From: Anolis carolinensis | Taxonomy: Eukaryota | NCBI RefSeq assembly: GCF_035594765.1 | Contig: NC_085844.1 | Coordinates: forward strand, 25,559,923-25,623,922 | DNA length: 64,000 nt | Reading direction: 5' to 3' | In this document: positions 1-12,710 of the stretch, one piece after another | Layout of the letters: every line of letters begins with the position of its first letter | How positions within the stretch are numbered: position 1 is the stretch's first letter | Translations under genes and position numbers: made by a program | Notes under the pieces: generated by a model | The model's input: only the letters and a program-made list of their open reading frames with translations | Database searches by the model: none | Told to the model about the DNA's origin: nothing

Positions 1-3000
1 GATCAATGCCTATGGGTTTACTAATACTATTAATATTGGAAGAATTGCATAGCCAACAAACTCTCTGAAACACAGTTGGTAAATTGTAGTTCGTTGGATG
101 GGACCAAGTTTTTACCCTTGTTACTTCTGAGGGCCAGGCTACCAAAAAGACAAAACAAAACAACAACAAACAAAAAAACAAAGAAGAAATAAGGAAGTAA
201 GACAACTCCTGTACAAAAATATTTTTTTTCCTATCCTTTCCATGTGAAACTTAGTCTTGTGAGTTCAAGCAATTTCTGTGTGAGGCTGGCAAGCTGGAAG
301 ATTGCAAACAAAAATAATAATAAACAAATAACCACAACTATATAGGAAATGTTACTCTTCAATCTAATTAATTTTGTTTTCTACCAGTGACATCATTATA
401 TATCCATATCTGGCTGTGTGACCAAATCAAGATACAGGACAATCTTACAAGGATGAAGGATATTCATAATGGGGAAAAATTATGCCAAAGCTACAGATTG
501 CCAACGCAGCACCAAAATTGAGCTGCTACTTGATTATTCATCTGAGTATGGGGGACTCCAAAACTGCTTAAATTCCTCATATGTACAAGGCTCTACAGCA
601 GCCCTATAGGAGGGAAATGTTGGTGAAAACATAATCAAAATCACTCAAGTGGGTGATTTGTTTTTTGGTTTAAAGTTTCTGTTCAGTTGTATTTTCTCTT
701 TGGCTCTAATTTCATTGGGATTCATTTTGGGGGGGGGGGGGAGGACCTTCAAGGACTTTCCAAATTTTATAGAATGTTCTGTGCTTGAAAGAAAAAAAAA
801 TTCAAAAAATAAATGGATAGCTAGATAAAACTGAATTCTACCTATACAGGAGCTCTCAGTGAATTTTGACTTCAGAGCCGAATGTCTTCTGTAAACATAT
901 TGAGACTCAGTAATTGCTGGAGTTGAACTGTACTCTGCTATCCATGATATAAAAGGAAATCTTATCTGCATGTTACAGATGTTCTTCAAAAGACTTAATA
1001 AAATAAAAGAACATCTTCTTCGTAAATGAAACAAATGTGTCATTGCAACTCTCACAGTCTTTCATAATTAAAAGCAAGACCACCAGCTGACTTCTTTTAT
1101 TTCTGGAAAGCACAACTTGATCAGCTCCGGGAATACAACCTTCGTCAATAATATTTTCTTCCTCCAGAAAGTAGGAACCCACCTGTTGATCCATAGGCTA
1201 ATGCTACTAGTTGTCCAACAGCCATTCCAAAGTTTAATTAATTCTGCTTTCCTGTGGGCATTCAATATTCATCACAACAGTAAAATTTTTGTCATTAATA
1301 TCAGTAAAAATGTAAGAGAATATTTAATCTAGAAGAAAGTGCTCCCTATGTATTTTCCTCATGTATTCTTTAATGGCTCACAGTTGGCAAAAAGGGACTC
1401 TGACATCTCACAGCAGGAACCAAAACATAGGACATCTCTCCCGCATAATTAAAAAAATGGTTCCATGTTAACAATGTTCAGTGTTAACCATTTAAATAAA
1501 TGTTATTGAACAACTTGGATCCTTCTTCAAACGAATGGCAATTGAAAATAATTGCATTGCTAATAGTAAAAATGAGTAGAGCTGGAATCCTCTTTGGATT
1601 TTATAGTAATTTAATCATTGGTTACATTAGTGGATCTGCTCTCTCAGATGTTATGTAAGAAGGTTTGCAGTACTTCCATAAACAACAGTTTTGTTTAATA
1701 GTGTAATAGCTGCTAGGTGACATCCAGGCATAGCTCCACTCCCCAATCCAAATGGGCACTGACTGGTCATGTAGCTTCACTGGAAAGCCGACCTTATTCA
1801 TTTTTCCAGTGTTAAAACCTCCACATAACTTTGCTGGAGGAACCACCTGCTTTCTGGAATCTCATCCTGATTTAGACCAAATCACTTGCATATAATTCGG
1901 TTTGAAATGCAGATGTGTTACTCTAACAGATTAAAGCACAGTCTTTTTTCCCCATTGGAAACTCAACATCAAGTATGGGCAGGATTACAGAATTTACGTC
2001 CCTAAACTCACCAAGAGGTTCTAAATGAAAATAATAATAATAGTGGAATAGTCCAGCCAAACAGAATAAAAGAAGTGAATGCACTCAGCCTGGGCATTTG
2101 ATTTAGGTATTACAAATAAGGTTATTGTTTTTTTCAGTTGTAAGACCACTCTTATTTTGTTTTTCTCATTTCAATAAATGTATTGGGAATAAAATAATCA
2201 TTTTTATTTATTCCTGTTCTTACAACCCCATCAGACAAGGCTGAATTAAGTGACATACGCTGGTTCCCCTTTCCTTTTGCCACAGAGCCCATTGGCTCCC
2301 ATCCCATAATTCACAGCTACTTCCAGTGGGGCTCCATGGTAAAAGGGATGGGGATATGCAACCATAACAATGAAACAGGAAGTTTCCTGTGTTGCATAGA
2401 GATCAACAGGGAAAAGCCGGGGGGGGGGGGTGGACGCTTTCCCCCTGATGGAATGAGGTAAGAGGGAAGTGACAGGTTCACCGCACCCCGCCGGGCACTG
2501 CCAGTGTCAATTCCGGTGGCAAATGGGATGAGGTTGTTAAACAATTTGGAGACAATCCTCAATCTATGCAAGTATTCCTGCAAGAACTGGTGCCTGCTTA
2601 TGATGTAATGCACAGCCCTGAAGTCTCATCCAGAAAAACTAAAGAGGAAATAAGGAAGACAGGAAAAGAAAGAAGAAAATGAAAGTGGAGGAAAGGAAGA
2701 AACAAGAGAAAGGAAGCACAACACAGCAGAAAATAGTACAAAAGAAGAAAGTAGGTGAAAATGATGTTTTCTGAAATCCCAGATTTCTGTAGCGGTTTGT
2801 GTTTCTCCATTGTTTTTCATTGCAAAAGTTCTATGAAGATATTACAGATCTGGGTGAATGGATGGCTTTCTTACTGTTGGTGGCAGTACTCTGCACACCA
2901 TTAGTACTAGAAGAGACAAGGAGTAATTCAGGAAAAACATGTAAGAACATGCTTCTCTCACATATACAATAAAGACAGCAACCAAGGAGCATGCAAAAAG

Positions 3001-3245
3001 GATGGTTCACTTCCGTACAACTCTGGCAAATGGAAACACTGGTATGTTACCTTACTTAATGTCAAATCTGGCATAAGTGAGAGGTAAAATCTATACAGTC
3101 AAAGGTTAAAAAGTTGGAAAAAAATAAAGAACCAAATAAGATTTTCAATAAAAGACAATATCCTTTCTTGTAAGCTTAGAGTTCTAGCCCAAGCAGTTGG
3201 GAAAAAGGATGCTCAACCTGTACTCTAAAATATGAGCTTTAATAG

Positions 3246-4350
3246 TAGGGTTGTGCAATCCATTAAAAATGATTGAAAAGTCTTTACAAAACTAAGGGGG
3301 CACTGGCGCTTCATTTCTAAAGTGTTTCTAAAGTATAATTAGTGAAAAATTTGTTACTATTACGAGATTAACAAAATTCCGTAACTATTTCATTATATAG
3401 TAATTGAGCATAATTACTATAATTGAGGAAAAAATAGGGGCTCCTTTCTTCCTCATTTTTACAGCTATTCGGGTGAAACTCACTACACTGGTAGAACACA
3501 TTTACCACTCTTAGCCCACTAAATTTGATAATATTTCACTTATTCAAGGATTTATGGGAAATTTTCAAGGTTTTTATAAACAATACTTTTTAACAATAAA
3601 GAAAATATGTTCTTAGTTTGAAAGTATTATTTCTTGTTTAATTGTGTAGTTCTTATTTTGAAAGTAGTGGTTCTACTCTGAGAACTTTGTGAACCAAAAA
3701 CTTTGTTAAATGGGTGGATGATGATGTTAAATTAGTGGACTGGATACAACAAGATACTACAGCAAAATGTGCTATAACATGATATCCCTCATGCAAAGAC
3801 AAAGTTTTTGCAGTTTTATAAACTTTTACCATGTTTTTATGATAGAACCAATTAGGAAATAACATTTATAACCCAGGAATAAAAATCATAGTGTAGATTA
3901 GAATATTAAATTTATTGGAACTCTGGTTGGCTACGGAGGGGCAAATCTCTCTGATCGTGAGCACTGGGAAATGTAGTTTGGGGCAGGGGCTTTTGAATTC
4001 TCCCCGCCTTCCCAAACCACAATTTCCAAAGTTCTGTGCTTTACCCAGCAAACTCTGCTTTATCCCTCCTTTTCCGGCCTCTTCTAATGGCAAAAGGTCA
4101 TTAATGTACAGAGGAAAAGAAATGCACTAAGGCAGCCTTTTTGGCTTTGATATCAGCATTGCTTCCTTGCACTGAATATGAAACTGACTTTGGAAACCTT
4201 CTGAGATTTACAAAACTAAAACGAAAAAGTATGGGGTAAGTTTTGATTCGTAAATGTTTGGTGCAGGCCATGCCCATGAATCCCCTCTAAAGCATGAATT
4301 TAACAAATTTGATACAATTTATGAGAACAAACAAAAAATGCACACCTCTG
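3246..4350. mobile_element. Non-autonomous hAT-like DNA transposon (~1.1 kb)
   Basis: Imperfect TIRs TAGGGTTGTGCA (3246) and TGCACACCTCTG (ends 4350); 8-bp TSD-like flanks tttaatag (3238-3245) and ttaaatag (4351-4358), 7/8 match; no coding capacity. Confidence 0.65.
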
Positions 4351-4365
4351 TTAAATAGCTTAAAG

Positions 4366-4550
4366 CACACATGTCAAACGCAAGGCCCACAGGCCAACTC
4401 CAGGCCACTATGCCATTTTATGTGGGCCATGAGGTTTTCACTATCAGGGCAACGTAGTTACATTGATACAGTCTCAGAATTACAACCAGTCCTTTGAAGG
4501 CAACCATAAGGCTGATGTGGCCCTCTGTGAAAACGAGTATGACACTCCTG
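4366..4550. mobile_element. hAT (Charlie-type) MITE
   Basis: Degenerate TIRs cacacatgtcaaac and gtatgacactcctg resembling CAGGGGTGTCAAAC; 185 bp. Confidence 0.6.
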
Positions 4551-4557
4551 TCCTTAA

Positions 4558-4655
4558 GACCCCAGATACTGGCTAATCTTGGAAGCTAAGCAGGCTCAGC
4601 ACTGGTTAGGACTTGGATGGGAGATTGACAATGAATACCAGGTGCTGTAGAGGAA
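4558..4655 (+). mobile_element. 5S rRNA-derived SINE head (5S-Sauria-like), degenerate
   Basis: atcttggaagctaagcagg...ctggttaggacttggatgggaga...gaataccaggtgctgtag resembles the 5S rRNA internal control region with many substitutions. Confidence 0.75.
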
Positions 4656-6383
4656 GAAAATGACAAAAGTCAGGGCTTGAGCTCCTTCTGGACTCTCAGG
4701 CTCCAGTAATTTGAACCAGTATTCCCCACTCCCACTCCATGAATATGCTATAATGGCACATTCATAACTTGAAAATTCATAAGTGTTTCCTTCTGTCTTG
4801 CAAAAGTTTTCCAAGCCATAGGATTCTGCCCAACACTGACTTATCCCTGCCATACCTTCACCTGACCTCTGTGCAGTTTGAATACTTAGCAGACACAGAA
4901 TACCTAGAAATTCTTTGACTGTATTGTTCTTTGGAACCATTTTTGATTTGAACATGTTAAACATTAAATACAAGATGCTTGGAATCATAGTGCGAGAATG
5001 CTACAAATTAGGCCTTCAATACCTGATTAATTCCAGAAATTACCAAAATAAATACAGGCTAAGTATTTGCTCATTGAATAAGGATAAAGTAACTTCAAAA
5101 TCCACAGCCACTGGTTGCCATGCAACCTGCTATAGTATTATGGCAGAAATAAGCTGTGCTTGAATTTTCCATGCCCTCTCGCTCAGCCGTCTTGATGTTG
5201 TGATACTCTAATGCTTCTCAGCTAACTTCCATTAAGTAGGGGTTTTTTTCTGTGGGGTAGAATTCCAAGGTTAAAATGATTAAATAACTTTTATGGTTGA
5301 TCAAATATAAGCCCTTATTATACACAGTAGGCAAAACCATACATTTTAATTACTTCACTATCAAAGATCTAGGTATTTACATTTCAATTTTTTCACTTAT
5401 AATTCTGAATTGAGAGTTTGACCTTCAAATAGCCCCATCCACACCCAAATATTATTGTTGTCCCTATATATTTCCATAAACATCTTTCTCTAACCCAAGG
5501 CATTCATTTTTGAATTTACTAATACAATATTACTTACTATGCTTGTTTTGCTTAATTGGACATATGCTTTTATCTTTATTTAAGTTAGTTTATTTCATGT
5601 AATATTTGATTAGTGTAATGATGTGTGTTAGTCCTCTATTTCCATTTTTGCAATCAGGCACAAAACAAAATTAGTTAATCAATAATTGATCATTTTTACA
5701 CTGTGATATTTCAGTTTATTTTTTTAGTGATATTGAATGCTGCTATTGGCTTTTCTGAATTAAATAGTTGGAAATAAATGGCTTTTTGAGAGTAGGATTT
5801 AAAATATATCATGAACTTGCTTTCTATAAGCTGGTAACAGCCTTTAGATATTTATCAGAAGCATAATTTCACCATTTAGATTTTACAAAAATTTTAAAAG
5901 TTTCATTGTTCAAATATTTTTGTTTCTTAAATTGTTACACAAGAAGAAAAATAACATGCAAAATAAGGGGTCTTGTATATTATAAAAAATGTAATGTAAT
6001 TTAAAATCTTTCCATTAACCTCTGACACTTATGTGAGAAGAGATTTATTAGGAAATCATAGAAATACCATTTTATTAATTTACACTATAAATATTTCAAA
6101 ATAAAAATATACTACCTAAAATTAAAATGAAGCTTTATGGCATCTTTGTTTCAGCATTATTGATGGACATTTTTGTCACCTGATAGTACGTTAAAGGAAG
6201 GCCAGAACTGTATATTTAGATTCAATGTAATTAAGCTATATTTTATACTAAACTTAAGTTATGGAAATTAGAACAGCAAATTATATTATGAATATCTTTG
6301 CATAGAGTTTATTATTATTTCTGCCTCTGTGTGTGTCTTGATATATTTGCCTTGCAAAAACTGAAATGGATGGATTGATAGGC

Positions 6384-6384
<1 letters not shown>

Positions 6385-6428
<44 letters not shown>
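6385..6428. repeat. (GATA)n microsatellite
   Basis: About 11 tandem GATA units. Confidence 0.95.
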
Positions 6429-6430
<2 letters not shown>

Positions 6431-8029
6431 GCACATATGCATTCAACCATGCACAAATTCATGCCCTAACCACAGGCAAGATAACAAAAAATATCAGGCA
6501 AGAAATGTAAATGGTCTAGTTAGGTCAGAATTGTTTGTGATATTTTTCACAACATCTTCCATGGAAACTGCCAAAGTAGCAGTTTGTAATAGGCTCCAGC
6601 AGTCATTCGAGCTAATGCTCTGAAACTGAATCCCAATAAAGGGCTCAAGGCATATAAGCTGTAATATTGTTTGTTTTTCTTCATTTTCCTCCCCAGATTG
6701 TAATGATGCACACATGACACAATTGCTTTTATGAAGTGACGGCTTCACACCCCATTTGAGCACTTTATACTTTGTGTCTGTACAGCTCTTATACAACCCT
6801 GGTTTCCAATTCTACTGTTCCAAATAACTCTTGACATCAGTTTTGACATTAGAAGTGTGTATGTGTGTTCACATGCAGTGCTAAGGGTAGGTGCCTGCAT
6901 TCACACACACAATTTTCCATGTCCTATATATGAGACAAAAGAAACAACATTCTAAATGAAAATCTTGAGCCATTTCAAAGGGGAGAAGGAAATACGAGCA
7001 GACGGCATGTTAAGTGACACATTGTCTTGTTTTTTTCGGAGACAGATGGGGGCACTATCCAATATGCTCAAACAACTTCATGTACAAAACAGGATAATCA
7101 CAGCTCACTTCAGTGTAGAAGGCGGTGGCATAAGCAGCAAACGTGGATTTGAGCCGTTTATAATTAGCAATGCTAAAAATGCAAAGACTTAGTCGTTACT
7201 GTCAGGTGTTTAGATAATGCCATCAAGCGTGGAGACTGGAACCCTTGAATCGTTTTGTAAACTCAGTGTAGCCGTCTGAAGACCAAATTTCAATTTCTTA
7301 ACATATACACTTTAGACCTTCTGGTGAAATTATACAATATAAAAGAGAACCCCACACAACACAGTCAGAGATAGAAAGCAGCAAAGAACTTTAAAGAAAA
7401 AGTTTAAAGGATCTGTCATCGAAACTTTAAATAGGCCTTTCTCCAGCTGTAGCTAAATTATTGTACTTCGTGATACTGTTTGCTTCTCATAGCAATTGAA
7501 AGCATATGCAATTTAACAGCAGGCCTCAATCCTTTAATAAGCTGTCTTTAAAATACCTTACATGGATTACCTATCTATAAATCTGCTTCCCATGCAGAAT
7601 GTGACAGCATTATGGAAATTGTGAGTTCAGTAAAGATGGCATGTACCAAAGAGAGCCACATCTGCACACTATAAGATTATACCAACATTGGAAGTAATCT
7701 TTAGTCATTTATAATACTGCAGAATGCATAATTAAGATTAAGGGGTCTATTCTGCCCTTACTTAGTCTTACATCTTCCTCCTCCTTTTTCTTTTTTTAGT
7801 AAATTAAAACGGGGGGAGTTCGACAGCGGCATCTTACAAAAACAAGCAATGCTGGAATCTGCTTTTCCCAAATGTGACATGATGTCCAAAATTATATAAA
7901 ATGAATAACATGAATAAATCATAATGAAGCAGTTGACTAAATGGAGAGAAGTTGAACATGGACAGTTATCTATCTAATCTATCTATCTATATGTATGTAT
8001 GTATGTATCTATATGTTATCTCTATCTAT

Positions 8030-8205
8030 GGCTGCAAAATTATAGCAGTTGGACACATTAACTGCCATGGCTCAATGCTATAGAATTCTGAGATTTGTAA
8101 CTCTGTGAGATACTTACCCTTCTCTATTGGAGAGCTCTGGTGACATAACAAACTACAAAGCCCAGGTTTCCATAGGGTAGTGCCATGTTATTATTCTACA
8201 ATGAA
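8030..8205. mobile_element. Degenerate Harbinger-like MITE fragment (same family as 11202-11390)
   Basis: Shares gacac..ttaactgccatggctcaatgctat.gaat core with the 11.2-kb copy; partial foldback. Confidence 0.5.
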
Positions 8206-8350
8206 TAGTATACATGTATTCTTTCCCTTGTCTTTTGTTTCTGTTTTCTTTCTTGATATTTTGTTTAAAAATATGAAACTTGTATTATATGTTGAAAATG
8301 TTAATCTATCTATATCTATTATCTATATCTATATCTATTATCTATATCTA

Positions 8351-9520
8351 TCTATATCCATAATAAAAGTGAAAACCCGTATGTGTGTATGTGGCACAGA
8401 TGTCCGCTCACACAGACAGCCTCCAGCCTCCACAAACAGGATACAGTTCCCAGTGATGAGAAGCCAGCAAGTCACTCTTTTCCACTGACATTGCGGTTAC
8501 AGTGGTCTCCATGAACATGTAGCCCAACCCCTGCCAATGTCGTTCCCAAACATTACGGCTCACCACCCAAGGACTGCTTTCATTTGGGGACCATTTCATC
8601 CTAGATTTTCCTCCACCACAAGCAGGTATCCCAGGGTTCTCCATTGGTGTGAAATTTGCTTGGCCCCACTACTGCCCTTCCCTTTTAAACCTGTCTGCAT
8701 AATGAACAGCAGAACTGAGCAGCAAGTAAACTTACTGGAGGAGTTTGGGGGATTGACTCCGCATTGTGGAAGTTGTAGTTCACCCTGAACCAAGTCAGAG
8801 CACTGTGACTCCTACTGGGGAATGTAGAGGAGTTGTAGTTCACCTATACCCAGAATGCTATGAACCCAAACAATGATGGGTCTGGACCAAACTTGCCATG
8901 CATCCCCGATATGCCCAGATTTGAATACTGGTGGGTTTGGAGGGGAATTGGCCTGGACATTTGGGAGTAGTAGGTACTGGGATTTATAACCAAAAGAGCA
9001 TATTGGACAAGTTTGGGGGAAAGGGAGAAAAACAGTGACCCCCACCGACAATGAACCGGGACCAAACTTTGCACAGAAAAGCCTCATGACTAACTGAACA
9101 TACTGCAGGGGTTTGTGGGAATGGGCCTTAATTTGGGAGTTGTAGTTCACCTGCATCCAAAGAGCACTGAACCCAGCCAATGACGGATCTGGATCAAACC
9201 TGGCACACAGACTCAACATAGCCTGCTGTGGATACTGAAAGATGTTTTGGGACAATTGCCCCTGGAATCTGGGAGTTGTAGCAGTTCACCCCCATCCAGA
9301 GAGCACTGGAGCCAGGCGATGCCCAGCCAATGGCAGATCTGGATCACACTTGGTACACAGACCCAAAATGGCCAACTTTGAATACTGGCATGGTTTGGGG
9401 AAGATTGACTCATGATTCTGGGAATTGTAGTTCACCCACTCCAAACCGAGAATACCTAACAATCAAAGACAAATAATGTCTTTATTAAATAACCCGGGCA
9501 TCACCAGGTTCCCAAGCTAG
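8351..9520 (+). mobile_element. Non-autonomous Helitron with internal tandem repeats
   Basis: 5' TC start in tctatatccataataaaagtg (exact start ambiguous within TCTA repeats); 3' end has a short GC-rich hairpin (aacccggg...ccaggtt) then CTAG|T at 9517-9521; repeated ggagttgtagttcacc units near 8770, 8830, 9135, 9270 and 9420; no TSD. Confidence 0.8.
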
Positions 9521-9849
9521 TAATATATAAAGCATGAAAAGTCAGATATGCAGGTAGTGGTAGGCAGATGCAAAGTGTAGTAAATGAGTTTTAATCTGCA
9601 GGTTATCATATCACTTCACTGTTATATTTCCAATGGATTACCCAAAAACAAGGATTGAGTGAGACATATTTCATCTGCCAGCAGAATCATTGGGAGGTAC
9701 CTTGCTCAGAATGGCACCTGCAGAGTTAACAGCAAAGAGAGAAATCTCTCTGGGGACCTTATCCCATCCCCCCTTCCCCCAGTTTTAAAAGAGTTCTAAG
9801 CCACTGAGGCAATTAAAAGTGATGGAGCCTATTATTATTATTTATATCA

Positions 9850-9952
9850 TGGGGTTGTTGTATGTCTTTCGGGCTGTGTGGCCATGTTCCAGAAGCATTC
9901 TCTCCTGACGTTTTGCCCACATCTATGGCAGTCATCCTCAGAGGTTGTGAGG
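9850..9952 (-). mobile_element. Penelope-like element terminal-repeat fragment with a degenerate minimal hammerhead ribozyme
   Basis: Minus strand reads CCT-CTGAGGA-stem II-(A)AAAC-GTC-AGG (9904-9944), the layout of the minimal type I hammerhead known from Penelope-like elements. Confidence 0.75.
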
Positions 9953-11201
9953 TTAATGTTTGTTACTTTGGAACATGTGGCATTTCCACATCATTAACAG
10001 TCCCAAAAAAGGGAGAGGGGGAGAAGACAGTCTGAGATCATCTTCTGGACTCAGGAACTGGGATATTGCATTTCAAAAGTACAAAAACACATGGGATAAA
10101 CGCTGTCAGAATTGCCTGCATTGAATCAAATCTATGACGTGGGCAAATGGGCTGTCATGTGGATGGTCTCCTAACCAGCAGTGAGTCCCCAGTACTCTGC
10201 CATAATTCAGCTGCTCAACTCTTTTCAGTATTTTTTTACATTTAAAACAAAGAAATATTGCTACTTTAGTATATTGCTATTTTTCTTTGCCTTTAATTAT
10301 ACAAATTCCAATACTGCGAGAGTTTGATCCCTTGCAATGTTGAAGTAAGACCTAATTTTTTAAAAGGGGGAGGGGAGGGTAACAATCCACTCACTTTTGG
10401 AATGAGGATGAAAACAGTTAGCAATGGAGAAACCATCAAATTCAGATGACATGTGGGAAGTAATGAATGACGGAATATAGTTATTTTCAATGCTAGAGGA
10501 CTAAACACCACGATTACATGACATTACCCATGCTGCCCCCATATGATAAGGTCCTAGGACTCAACCGTGGAAAGCAAAGCCACAATGGTTAAGTCCAGGG
10601 TAAAGACATTGATTAATGATCTAAATCCTTTCATCATGGTTCCATCCTCCTCCTCGAATTTGCCCTAAACAAAACTGTGCTCATACTGGAGACAGAGTTA
10701 GTGCCCATAGTAAGTAGGGAGAAATACTGTGTCCAGTGGCTGTTAAGAAAACTGCATGCTTCTAGCACTCACGGTTGAAATGCAAAGGTATGGCTCTATA
10801 ATATTATAACAAACACAAATAATAGAAAAATCCTATTACGGCAAATATATTTTTCAGTAATTTGGTAGGAAAACCACTTTAAGTTGGTTTTTACCCTTCT
10901 GCCAGTGTTGCCAGATGCAACAGACATATAAGTGTTTTCTGAGTTAACACAGAAAGCTAATCTAGGGCACTGTTTCTTGAACTGTGAGTCCCAACACTGT
11001 TTTCAGTGGACTCTGCAGCAGATGCTTCTGCTGCACTTCATAAAAAAATCAGCCTGTTTAACAAGCCTTTAAAATGCTGGTGTATTATCAGTAAATGTTT
11101 TATTTTTATACTTATTTTATATATATTATACCCCTAAAGTCACTATAAACATTACTTGGACCAAAAGGGGTTTCAGGTGGAAAGTTTAAGAAGCCCTGAC
11201 G

Positions 11202-11390
11202 TAGGACACTTCTATACTGCAGAATGAATGCAGCTTGACACCACTTTTTAACTGCAATGGCTCAATGTTATGGAATCATGGAATTTGTGACTTGGTGAAG
11301 CACCAGCACTCTTTGGCAGAGAAAGCTAAAGACACTTCCTTGGCAGTTAAAGTGGTGTCAAACTGTGTTAATTCTACAATGTAGATACAT
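11202..11390. mobile_element. Harbinger-like foldback MITE
   Basis: Long imperfect inverted ends tctatactgcagaatgaatgcagcttgacaccacttttaactgc and gcagttaaagtggtgtcaaactgtgttaattctacaatgtaga. Confidence 0.65.
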
Positions 11391-12379
11391 TTTACCCATA
11401 TCATTAATGATGGGATCTTAACTGAGCTCCTTTCTTTTTATTTATATAAAATAATTTAGTTTTCAGTCAAAACTACAGTGGGGAAATTATTTATCTCTAG
11501 TAAGTAGAAAGAGGTGATAAGCAATATAATGCCACAGAATACTTCATGGTCACAAAATTTAGGATACAGAAGAAAACAGCTCATGTTCTATTCCATTTTT
11601 GGCTCTCTTTGTGCCAGCATTTTCTACAAGCCAAAAAAATCCTTTTTTCCCCCTGTGAGAAATCTGTACAGAACAGTAAGATTCATACACATGGTTAATG
11701 TTTGTTACTTTGGAACATGTGGCATTTCCAGGGCTTAGCATTTGAGACAGCAGATGGGGTGAAAAGGAATTTGCCTGCAGGGCTGGGGTATTATATCAAT
11801 CTCTTTTTCTTCAGTTCACTGCTGGACTTTTGTATTTTGTTTTTGTTCAAAGTCAAGAAGACACTGCCACTGCAAACATTAATGACATTTTGTTTTAGCA
11901 CTTATTTTTACACTAAGGAAACACATTTACTAAAGAGTAAGATCCTATTAATCCAGTAAAGATTGCTCCTGAGTAGGCATGCACAGCATTTCTCTTTTCA
12001 AGTCTTTACAAGGTCTAAGCATAGCATGCACTGAGATTTTAAAGCTTGATATTTCATACAGGAGTCAAATATATATTTCTCTCTCATTCTATGTATATCT
12101 ATGGGTCATTCCTCCTCCCTTTATTTTTTATTTTTATTTTTGCAGTGTGCGCATTTTTTCCTCTGAGAAAACTTAGTTGATATTATTCCAAATGTTCTTG
12201 AGGCAAAATAATTTTTAAGATTTAGCAATATTCTCATCTTTGTCAAAGTATAAATTAACACTTTTTAAAATCTCATATGTCCTTTCAAGCATCAAGGAAC
12301 TAAACAAACACAGGATGAGACTTTTTTTGTGCATGCTCCCTCACATATTTCTAATAATCTAGCAGAACTTTCCATTCTC

Positions 12380-12590
12380 TTGTTGTTGTATGCCTTCAAG
12401 TCATTTCCGACATTTTGCCAACCCTAAGGCAAACCTGCCATGGGGTTTTGTGGCAAGATTTGTTCAGAAGGGGATTTCTGTTGCCTCCCTCTGAGGCTGA
12501 GAGTGAGTTACCCAAGGTCACCTAGTGGGTTTCCATGGCCAAGCAGGAGTTCATCCCTGGTAACCAGAATCAAAGTCCAGCATTCATGGT
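12380..12590 (-). mobile_element. tRNA-derived SINE (AnolisSINE2-like)
   Basis: (TTG)n tail then tgccttcaagtcatttccgac...ctgaggctgagag...cccaaggtcacc.agtgggtttccatggcc; recognised from memory as an anole SINE in reverse orientation. Confidence 0.7.
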
Positions 12591-12640
12591 TTGAATATTA
12601 TCTCTTTCTATTAATACAGAAAGATGTCTTGTATCAGACT

Positions 12641-12710
12641 AGCGGTTCTTAACTTCTTGGAGTCACAGGCCCCTTTGAAAATCTGGTGAAATCTACAGAC
12701 TCCTCCTTCA
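12641..12710. mobile_element. Old hAT (MER5/Charlie-like) terminal fragment
   Basis: agcggttcttaac...gtcacaggcccctttgaaaatctggtgaaa resembles the left end of this group. Confidence 0.4.

Noticed and set aside
973-1846. Minus-strand ORFs 973-1194 and 1622-1846 preceded by CAG, as possible exons
   Set aside because: No polypyrimidine tracts, no recognisable domain, and both end in stops; consistent with chance
2280-2945. CCAAT/ETS-like words, a GAG|GTAAG donor at ~2457, and a signal-peptide-like frame MAFLLLVAVLCTPLVL with a donor at ~2940
   Set aside because: No consistent exon chain or downstream coding exons; short motifs are expected by chance
4558-4655. 5S rRNA gene (also 26020-26120 and 61840-61925)
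   Set aside because: Too diverged, and two of the three copies are joined to a SINE body; not functional rRNA genes
8770-9440. Regularly recurring repeats resembling a CRISPR array
   Set aside because: Eukaryotic context; intervening segments are homologous to each other; internal Helitron minisatellite
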